Of a DNA stretch of 58,568 nucleotides, positions 42,335 through 50,010 are shown piece by piece. Position 1 is the stretch's first letter, and each line of letters starts with the position of its first letter. The stretch is from Myxococcales bacterium (GTDB lineage Bacteria; Myxococcota_A; UBA9160; SMWR01). Position numbers and translations under genes: made by a program. The notes under the pieces are model-generated. The model saw only the letters and a program-made list of their open reading frames with translations. It was not told where the DNA came from and ran no database searches. The stretch covers positions 1-58,568 of the forward strand of contig JABSQW010000072.1 in NCBI GenBank assembly GCA_013215605.1. Direction: 5' to 3'.

Positions 42335-43182
42335 CGAGTCGAACCGGAGGGACTGCTCGAAATGGTCAGGATCTCGTTCAGCGAACCGGTTCGGTATCCC
42401 TCGAGGTCGAGCGACACCCAGCGAAAACCGAGCGGCTTGATGGCGTCGACGATCTGCCGCGTCATGTCGGCGTCGAAGGCCCTGGCGAGCTCGGACGGAT
42501 CGATCTCGACGCGGGCGAGCTCACCGTGGTGTCGCAAGCGCACCTGGCGAAACCCGAGACCACGAAGACGCTCTTCGCCCTCTTCCACCTGGGCGAGGCG
42601 CTCGGGCGTGACCTCGGTACCGTACGGCAGACGTGACGAGAGACACGCAGACGCGGGAAGCTCGGCCGTGGGCAGACCGGCCATGCGAGAGAGTGCGCGC
42701 ACGTCTTGTTTCGCGAGTCCGGCGTCGAGCAGCGGCGACAGTACGCCGTGTTCGTCGGCTGCGCGGTGACCGGGTCGGTAATCGCTGGCGTCGTCCAGGT
42801 TGACCCCGTAGGCGACGGCGTCGAACCCGAGCTTTTCGCGAAGCGCACCGAGAACGTCGAACAGCTCGGTCTTGCAGTGGTAGCAGCGGTCGGGACGGTT
42901 GCTCCGGTAGTCGGCGCTCTCCATCTCGTGCGTCTTCACGAACCGGTGGGCGATCTGGAAGTCGCGCACGATCTGCTCGGCCATCTTGCGGTGCGACGCC
43001 GGGTACGACAGCGACTCGGCGGTCACGGCGAGGGCGTTCTCGCCGAGGGTCTGGTGTGCCTCCCAGGCGAGATAGCTCGAGTCGACGCCGCCCGAGAAAG
43101 CCACCATGACGCGCCCCGCGCGCCGCAGCACAGCGCGAATCGTCTCGCGTTTTTCATGGAGTTCCGGAGAGATGGAGGACAC
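42331..43182 (-). CDS. larE: ATP-dependent sulfur transferase LarE
   Basis: PP-loop AFSGGVDS, RCYHCK, DYRPG, SACLSSR, QVRLRHH, GYRTGSLN. Confidence 0.92.
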   Translation of the reverse strand: MSSISPELHEKRETIRAVLRRAGRVMVAFSGGVDSSYLAWEAHQTLGENALAVTAESLSYPASHRKMAEQIVRDFQIAHRFVKTHEMESADYRSNRPDRCYHCKTELFDVLGALREKLGFDAVAYGVNLDDASDYRPGHRAADEHGVLSPLLDAGLAKQDVRALSRMAGLPTAELPASACLSSRLPYGTEVTPERLAQVEEGEERLRGLGFRQVRLRHHGELARVEIDPSELARAFDADMTRQIVDAIKPLGFRWVSLDLEGYRTGSLNEILTISSSPSGSTR

Positions 43183-43282
43183 TCGACCAAGTTACGAGCC
43201 CGGCCGGGCAGGGTCAAGCGGGCGCGCCGTGGGGCGACTTCACCGCTATGATCGATGGGGTTTCAGGAGGGGAGACGCTCGG

Positions 43283-44380
43283 ATGGCGAAGTTGCGCCTG
43301 GGCCTGCTGTTCGGCGGTCGTTCGGTGGAGCACGAAGTTTCGCTGTCTTCCGCGACGTCGATCCTGCGGGCGCTCGACCCGACCCGCTACGACGTGACGC
43401 TCATCTCGGTGGGCCACGACGGCCGCTGGCGCCTCGGTGCACCGTCCCTGCCGGCGCCCGCCGAGCAGGCGGAAGGCCGCGAGGTGCGACTCCCGGCCGC
43501 TCCCAACGGCGGTTCCCTCGTGCCGGTGGGTGGGACGGAGCTCGGAGCCTCGGGCGACCTCGACTTGATCTTCCCCATCATCCACGGTCGCGGCGGCGAA
43601 GACGGAAGTCTGCAGGGCCTGCTCGAGCTTGCGGACGTCCCCTACGTGGGCTCGGGCGTCCTCGGATCCGCGCTGCAGATGGACAAGGAGACCGCAAAGC
43701 GGCTGCTCCACGCGGCCGGCCTGCCTGTCACACCCTGGCTCTGCGTTCGCTCGCGCGAGCTCACGCGAGACTCGGAACGCGTCGCGCAACGAGCGCTCGA
43801 CGCGCTGTCGCTGCCGCTCTTCGTGAAGCCGGCAAACTCTGGATCGTCGATCGGCATCACGCGGGTTGCGGCGGCCGACGAGCTCATCCCCGCGCTGCGC
43901 GAAGCGGCGCGCTACGACGACAAGCTCCTGATCGAGCGGGGCGTGGACGCCCGGGAGCTCGAGGTCGCGGTACTCGGGGGCGATCCTCTCGAGGCGTCGG
44001 TTCCGGGAGAGATCCGCACGGGACGCGATTTCTACGACTACGAAGCCAAGTACGTCGACGAGGACACCGAGCTCATCGTCCCCGCGGAGCTGACGGAGGA
44101 GCAGATCGCGGAGATCCGGCGCCTCGCGGTGGAGGCGGTGGCCGTCCTCGAGGGTGAGGGTCTCGGCCGTGTCGACTTCCTGATGGAGCGCTCGACCGGG
44201 AAGTTCTACATCAACGAGGTGAACAGCCTTCCGGGATTCACCGAGAGCTCGATGTACCCGCGACTCTGGGAGGCGTCGGGACTCAGTTACCCGGCGCTGC
44301 TCGAGAGGCTGATCGAGCTGGCGCTCGAGCGCCACAGCGTCCGCTCGAAGCTCGAAACGCTCTTCCGGAGCGGGACCTGA
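43283..44380 (+). CDS. ddl: D-alanine--D-alanine ligase
   Basis: FGGRSVEHEVS, HGRGGEDG, KPANSGSS, FYDYEAKY, NEVNSLPGFT. Confidence 0.97.
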   Translation: MAKLRLGLLFGGRSVEHEVSLSSATSILRALDPTRYDVTLISVGHDGRWRLGAPSLPAPAEQAEGREVRLPAAPNGGSLVPVGGTELGASGDLDLIFPIIHGRGGEDGSLQGLLELADVPYVGSGVLGSALQMDKETAKRLLHAAGLPVTPWLCVRSRELTRDSERVAQRALDALSLPLFVKPANSGSSIGITRVAAADELIPALREAARYDDKLLIERGVDARELEVAVLGGDPLEASVPGEIRTGRDFYDYEAKYVDEDTELIVPAELTEEQIAEIRRLAVEAVAVLEGEGLGRVDFLMERSTGKFYINEVNSLPGFTESSMYPRLWEASGLSYPALLERLIELALERHSVRSKLETLFRSGT

Positions 44381-44383
44381 CGA

Positions 44384-45820
44384 CTACTTCACCACGTACC
44401 CGAGCGCCTTGAGCTGGCCGAGCATCAGCTCGCTCACCTCCTTGCGCTCGGGCTCGACACCCCACGGACTCGACGCCGACGCCACATAGCCGTCCACCAT
44501 CGCGCGCAGCCGGGCGGTGTCCTCGGGGCGCTCCGCCTGAACGTTCTCCATCTGCCCGGGGTCGGTGCTGTGGTCGTAGAGTTCGATCCGCTCCGGCTTT
44601 GCCAGCGGGTAGAAGAGCTGTAGATCGCCATCTTGAAGCGCGATGAGGGGATTCGGCTCGATTCCACGCCTTCCCCAGCCAATGTTGAGCTGGCCGAACG
44701 CGGGCCGCTCGAGGCCCTCGGTGGAGGGGGCATCGGCGGCGGCACCCGCTGCGAGAACGATTGGAACCAGCGAGACCCCGTCGACATGGGGCATCGGCGG
44801 AAGACCCACGAGATCGAGAATGGTGGGCCAGAGGTCCATGTTCGAGGCGAGCGTGTCGACCTCGATGCCCCCTTCGATATAGAACGGCGGGATGATGATG
44901 AACGGGACGTTCGTGACCTCCCGATAGAGATTCTTCGCGTGGCCCTCCCAGCCGTGCTCCTGAAAGGCCTCGCCGTGATCGGCCGCGATCACGAGCAGCG
45001 TCTTGCGGCGCAGCCCGCGTTCGCTCAGCTCCTCCACGAAGTGTGCGAGGAGGCGGTCGGACCAGTGGATCGACTGGTCGTAGACGTCGAGGTAACTCGT
45101 TCCAAATCGCGCGGCGCCGTTGTCGTAGACGTACTGGTGGACGTCCATGAAGTGGATGTAGAGAAAGAACTTCTGGTGCCCGTAGTTGTCGAGGAACTCC
45201 TTCGCAGAGACGATGAGGTCCTCGTCGGTTCCGGCGAGGAAACTGCCGCTCGGGTTCTTCCGCGCGATGCGTGCGCGCTCACGCCCGGCGAGGGGCTTGA
45301 TGTAGGTGTCGAAGCCCTGTTTGAATCCGAAGTTGGGCGCCACCCATCCGTTGCGGTAGATACCGGCGGTCCGGTAACCCGCCTCCTTGAACACTTCGGC
45401 GGGGAGCGTTGCGACGTCCGGTATCACGTGGTCGTAGTGGACGATCCCGTTGTTGAGAGGGCGGGTCGCCGTCCAAAGCGACGCCATGGACGTCTTCGTC
45501 CAGCTCGACTGCGAGACCATTTCCTTGAAGACCACTCCGCCCTGCGCGAGGGCGTCGATATTGGGGCTCGTGTCGCGCTCGTAACCGTAGATGCCGAGGT
45601 GATCGGCACGCAGGGTATCGATGAGGAGGAAGACAACGTTGAGGTCGTCGCGTTCGGACAGCGCAGCGAGATCTTCGACCGTTCCAAAGGAGACGGCCGG
45701 CCGCCGGATCTCGAACTGGCTCGCAACAGCAACGACCAGCAGCAGGGCAGCCCCGACGAAGTAGGGCCACGGCTTGTCCCACCAGCTCCCCTCTTCGGTC
45801 TCGTCGGGCTCGTCAGCCAT
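44384..45820 (-). CDS. Membrane-anchored sulfatase-like (alkaline phosphatase superfamily) protein
   Basis: N-terminal TM helix, LIDTLRADHL, QSSWTKTS, MDVHQY, ADHGEAF, LKALGY tail. Confidence 0.88.
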   Translation of the reverse strand: MADEPDETEEGSWWDKPWPYFVGAALLLVVAVASQFEIRRPAVSFGTVEDLAALSERDDLNVVFLLIDTLRADHLGIYGYERDTSPNIDALAQGGVVFKEMVSQSSWTKTSMASLWTATRPLNNGIVHYDHVIPDVATLPAEVFKEAGYRTAGIYRNGWVAPNFGFKQGFDTYIKPLAGRERARIARKNPSGSFLAGTDEDLIVSAKEFLDNYGHQKFFLYIHFMDVHQYVYDNGAARFGTSYLDVYDQSIHWSDRLLAHFVEELSERGLRRKTLLVIAADHGEAFQEHGWEGHAKNLYREVTNVPFIIIPPFYIEGGIEVDTLASNMDLWPTILDLVGLPPMPHVDGVSLVPIVLAAGAAADAPSTEGLERPAFGQLNIGWGRRGIEPNPLIALQDGDLQLFYPLAKPERIELYDHSTDPGQMENVQAERPEDTARLRAMVDGYVASASSPWGVEPERKEVSELMLGQLKALGYVVK

Positions 45821-45924
45821 CCAGAACAGCGTAAGCGATCGGCTGAAATGCGGCTCGACGAATGTCGGACCGCCTGAACTTTTCTCGCTCTGCCTCGGGA
45901 GTCTGCCAGGAACTCGAAGACCCC

Positions 45925-45962
45925 AACAAGAAAGGCGGCCACCCCTTTCGGAGTGGCCGCCT
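45925..45962 (-). terminator. Rho-independent terminator of the PEP-CTERM gene
   Basis: 10-bp stem AGGCGGCCAC/GTGGCCGCCT followed on the minus strand by TTCTTGTT, ~30 bp after the stop. Confidence 0.8.
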
Positions 45963-45991
45963 CGAAGTGGACAGAGTCCTGGGACTCTGAG

Positions 45992-46861
45992 TTACTTCTT
46001 CATGCGGCGGTGACCGAGGACGGCCAGACCGGCAACACCCGACACGATTAGCAGCATCATTCCCGGCTCGGGAACGGGGCGAATTGTCAGAATCGACGTC
46101 CCAGAGCTCTTTTTCGCGCTCGTATTCGTAATGTTGGTCGTCACCTGGGTCGGCGTCACGAACTGCAGCACGCCAGCCGGGCCAGAGGCTCCGCCGAGCG
46201 CCACTGTCGACGCCAGGGACGCGGGACCGTGAGCCGTACCCTTCTCCGTCACGATGCTGAAGCCCGTACCCGGACCGCCGGTCGAATTTACCGAACCACC
46301 GGTGTCCGGCTGGTCGATCATTTCACCGGTCATGATCGTCCACGGTCGGGCATCGATCGAAATGCGCAGCGAGCCCGATCCACCGATCGTCTGCTGGCCA
46401 CCCAGGCCGGCTCCGATGCCACCGCCCGGCGCGAGGTTCAGCGGCAGGTTGACGCCGCAGCCCACAACCAGGCACAGCCGAACGAGCCCGCCGGCGAGAC
46501 CCATCGTGTTCTTCGTCAGCGCGATGACCGTGTCGCCGGAGCTGCCGGGCACGATCTTACCGAGGACGCCTGCGCCTCCGGTCGCCGTCAGGCGAATCGA
46601 GACAAAGACACCGTCGGGGTCCGTCACCGGAACGATCTGGGAGCCAGCGATATCGCCCGGACCCAGTGTCAGTGTCGTCACATGGCTGCCGCCCGCTCCG
46701 CCATTCAGCGTCGCGACGCCGGTACCCGTAACGATGGCCGGGTCGAGTTGACCGAGGGTTACTTGGATGGTACCCGCGTAGTAGGACGTGCCCGCGGTCG
46801 CCTGCATGGCGAAACCGAAGACCACGGCCGTAGCGAATAACAGGACTAATAGTTTTCGCAT
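45992..46861 (-). CDS. PEP-CTERM sorted surface protein (~289 aa, Gly/Thr/Ser-rich)
   Basis: Signal peptide MRKLLVLLFATAVVFGFAMQATA; C-terminal VPEPG, TM helix, RRMKK; AAGGAG RBS. Confidence 0.95.
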   Translation of the reverse strand: MRKLLVLLFATAVVFGFAMQATAGTSYYAGTIQVTLGQLDPAIVTGTGVATLNGGAGGSHVTTLTLGPGDIAGSQIVPVTDPDGVFVSIRLTATGGAGVLGKIVPGSSGDTVIALTKNTMGLAGGLVRLCLVVGCGVNLPLNLAPGGGIGAGLGGQQTIGGSGSLRISIDARPWTIMTGEMIDQPDTGGSVNSTGGPGTGFSIVTEKGTAHGPASLASTVALGGASGPAGVLQFVTPTQVTTNITNTSAKKSSGTSILTIRPVPEPGMMLLIVSGVAGLAVLGHRRMKK

Positions 46862-46957
46862 CGTTGTTGGCTCCTTTGGAGTCGTTGTTCTGGTGCCGCG
46901 GTACGAACGTCGTTCGACGGCCCGCCCACGGCACAGGCATTCCTGGCAAGATAAGAA

Positions 46958-46973
46958 TGCAACTCGGGTGCCA
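46958..46973 (-). promoter_or_regulatory. Sigma-54 (-24/-12) promoter of the PEP-CTERM gene
   Basis: Minus strand TGGCACCCGAGTTGCA has GG-N10-GC spacing and matches TGGCAC-N5-TTGCW. Confidence 0.85.
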
Positions 46974-47000
46974 GCTCCTCGAACTCTCGAAGATTCCCTA

Positions 47001-47018
47001 TAACTATTTGAAAAATAT
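47001..47018 (-). promoter_or_regulatory. Probable IHF site upstream of the sigma-54 promoter
   Basis: TTTCAAATAGTTA is one mismatch from WATCAANNNNTTR; AT-rich; ~27 bp upstream of the -24 box. Confidence 0.6.
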
Positions 47019-47535
47019 AGACTAATCGGATCGATGCGACACCCCCAGGGATAGGCGGAGTGCCCTGATTGGAAGCATCTTCCCCAAAAAGAGAAAAGAA
47101 GTTCCCAGGCTTCCCATGGGTTGGGGGGTCGTGCCTTCGTCCCCACTCGATCGGTCGAGAATCGGGTGCCTTCGAGCGAGCCATGGCGTGCTCGTGTGTG
47201 GTGAGTTTCTCACACCCAACTTAAGGTAGTGATCGGTTCATTCGAAGACTGGATTGGGGCTGCTGGGGGAACCGCACCCGTGCTCTCCGAATGTGGGATA
47301 GCGACACGATGTGCGTCCTGCCGAAGCTTTCGACCGTGGGATAAAGTCGCGAAATGGTTAAGAAATTCTCGTTCCTCCCGCACATCTCACGGGGCGCCGT
47401 CGTATAATCCGCCACGCATTTGGACCCCGTCCCCCCGCTCGCAGCGCGCCTCGGACGTTCCTGCTGATCTGCACGAGAGAAAGTCCCCGGGGTTCTGCCC
47501 ATCCAGACGATTCGTTTTGGAGGTCTTCGCGACCG

Positions 47536-49998
47536 ATGCCCACATCCAGTTCGCCTCAAAGTCCCCCGCTGCGAGGTCTCGAAATCGGGTTTCCCGAGAC
47601 CCCGAGGGCCGGCTCCGTCCGGTCCCGGTCGCCGCTTGCGGCGCTCGGTTTCCTTCTCTTCGTCGCGCTCGGCTGCGGCGGCGACATCGAGTCGCGGATG
47701 GCCGAAGTGCGCGCCCTGCAGGATGTTGGGCAGTTCACCGCCTCCATCGAAGAGTTGCGGGAAATCCTCGTGTCGGTCCCCGACCTCCCCGAGGCGAGCT
47801 ACCGACTGGGCGTGGCCCTGGTCCAGACCGGCGAGCGGAGCCGCGCGATCTGGTCGCTCCAGAAGGCCAGCGAGTCGTCGGAGTACGCGGTGCCCGCCGG
47901 CTCGCTTCTCGCAACGATCTACCTGACCAATCAGGACTACGAAGAGGCGCTCAACGTCATCGATCGCGTCCTCGAGATCGAGCCCGACCGCCAGGCCGCC
48001 CTGCTGTCGCGCGCCAAGGCGAACATCGGCGCCAAGAACTTCGACATCGCGCTGGCCGACAGCGTGCACCTCATTGAGCTGTTTCCCGACGACTACACGG
48101 CACACGCCGTGCACGCCACGGCTCTGGTAGACGCAGGCAAGCTCGAAGAAGCCGAGATCGTCCACGATCGCCTGAAGACGATGAGCGCCGAGAGCGGCGA
48201 CCCCGACACCGAGGCGCGCGGTTGCCTCGCACCGGCGCTGTTCGCGAAGGACCAACTCAAGGACATCGAGAAGGCGACGGCCCTCTACGAGGACTGCATG
48301 ACGAAGTTCCCGAACAAGGGCTTCGTCCTCACGCAGGTCACAGAGTTCTACGACGGGATCGGCCGCGACGATCGCTCGACGGAGATCTTCCGAAAGGCCA
48401 TCGAGGACTCACCGGAGAATCTCGGACTGCGGTCCAGCCTCGCGAACCGCCTGCGCGGTCGCGGGCAGACCGAAGAGGCCGAGAGCGTCTTCGTCGAAGC
48501 GGCCGACACGTTCGGATCCGCCCAGGCCTGGAACATGCTCGCCGGCTTCTATCGCATGACCGATCAGCCGCAGCAGGCCCTCGACGCGATCGACAAGGTC
48601 ATCGAGCTGTCCGGCAACGCCCGTGACCCGATTCGCTTCGCACAGGCCGATCTGCTCGTCGACCTCGGCGAGCTCGACCGCGCGGAAGAGATCGCCGACT
48701 CCCTCGGCGAGCCCACCTACGCGACGCTGATCAAGGGCCGAGTGTTGATGTCGCGTGGCGACGCCGCCGGTGCCCTCGAAGCCTTCGACAAGGGCATCCG
48801 GAGCTGGCCCAACAACGCCGCTGCGCGATACCTCGCCGGCCTGGCCGCGCGCGATCTCGGACTGTTCGACCGAGCGATCTCGGAGCTTCGCGAATCGGTG
48901 CGCGCCGACCAGACGGCCACGGACGCCGCCGTGGTCCTCTCGCGGATCTACTTCGATCGCGGCGACCACAACAGCGCTCTCACCTTCGCGAACCTGTTCA
49001 TCAAGGGCCGACCCCAGGCGGACCAGACCCCAGCGCTGCGCATCGCGGCGCGCTCAATGACCGCGCAGAAGCGCTACCCCAACGCGCGGCGCAGCGCCGA
49101 GCTGCTCGGTCGACTCCCGGGCGGGGAGCTCGCGTCGCTGGTCGAGCTGGCGCGTATCGAACGCGCCGCCCAGGGACCCGCGGCCGCCATCGAGGTGCTC
49201 GAGGGAACGGAGATCGATTTCCTCACCGAGGAGAGCGAAGAGATCCTGCGGCTGCTCGCCGACAACTACATCGAGCTCGAGCGACCGGGCGATGCGCTCG
49301 CGAAGGTCGACGCTGCGCTCGCCACACGGCCCGATGCGGCCTCGCTCCACGAGCTCCGCGCAACCTCCCTCGCGCGCCTCGATCGGCGCGACGAAGCCCT
49401 CGAGTCGTTCCGCAGGGCTACCGAACTCGACCCGGAGCACGCACCCGCCTTTGGCGGCCTCGCCACCCTGACGGCCATCGGCGGGCAGAGCGGCGAGGCC
49501 ATCGAGCTCTTCGACCGGGCGAGCGCGCTCGCGCCGGACAACGTCGACTACGCCTATTCGGCGGCGCAGCTCGCCCTCGCGGCGGGAGATCTCGACGGAG
49601 CCGCGGAGCGACTACGCGGTGTGGTGCGCCGGTCGGCCAGTCACGCGGGCGCCCGCAACGACCTCGCCTGGATCCTCACCGAGCGTTCGGGAGATCTCGA
49701 CCTCGCGCTACGCCTGTCGAAGGAGGCGCGAAGACTCTCGGCGACCGCGAACAACCTCGACACGCTCGGCTGGGTGCACCTGAAGCGCGGCGAAGCCGAG
49801 GCCGCGGTGAGCGTCCTCGAGAAAGCCACTGCCCTCGAACCCGACGCGCCGAGCATCCGCTACCACCTCGCGCTCGCGCTCGAAGAAGTCGGTCAGCCTG
49901 CGCGCGCCAAGGACATGCTGCAGGCGGCGCTCGACGCCGGCGCATTTCCCGAGGTCGAGGATGCGCGCAAGAAACTCGAGCAGTTCAGCCAGCTCTAG
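47536..49998 (+). CDS. TPR-repeat lipoprotein, PrsT-like (PEP-CTERM system)
   Basis: Lipobox VALGC, TPRs throughout, C-terminal NDLAW...LDTLGWVHLKRG...YHLALAL; divergent from the PEP-CTERM gene. Confidence 0.8.
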   Translation: MPTSSSPQSPPLRGLEIGFPETPRAGSVRSRSPLAALGFLLFVALGCGGDIESRMAEVRALQDVGQFTASIEELREILVSVPDLPEASYRLGVALVQTGERSRAIWSLQKASESSEYAVPAGSLLATIYLTNQDYEEALNVIDRVLEIEPDRQAALLSRAKANIGAKNFDIALADSVHLIELFPDDYTAHAVHATALVDAGKLEEAEIVHDRLKTMSAESGDPDTEARGCLAPALFAKDQLKDIEKATALYEDCMTKFPNKGFVLTQVTEFYDGIGRDDRSTEIFRKAIEDSPENLGLRSSLANRLRGRGQTEEAESVFVEAADTFGSAQAWNMLAGFYRMTDQPQQALDAIDKVIELSGNARDPIRFAQADLLVDLGELDRAEEIADSLGEPTYATLIKGRVLMSRGDAAGALEAFDKGIRSWPNNAAARYLAGLAARDLGLFDRAISELRESVRADQTATDAAVVLSRIYFDRGDHNSALTFANLFIKGRPQADQTPALRIAARSMTAQKRYPNARRSAELLGRLPGGELASLVELARIERAAQGPAAAIEVLEGTEIDFLTEESEEILRLLADNYIELERPGDALAKVDAALATRPDAASLHELRATSLARLDRRDEALESFRRATELDPEHAPAFGGLATLTAIGGQSGEAIELFDRASALAPDNVDYAYSAAQLALAAGDLDGAAERLRGVVRRSASHAGARNDLAWILTERSGDLDLALRLSKEARRLSATANNLDTLGWVHLKRGEAEAAVSVLEKATALEPDAPSIRYHLALALEEVGQPARAKDMLQAALDAGAFPEVEDARKKLEQFSQL

Positions 49999-50010
49999 AT
50001 CGAGATTCTG

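Noticed and set aside
43283-44380. Possible vancomycin-resistance D-Ala-D-Lac ligase
   Set aside because: Omega loop FYDYEAKY is typical of ordinary D-Ala-D-Ala ligases; no van genes nearby.
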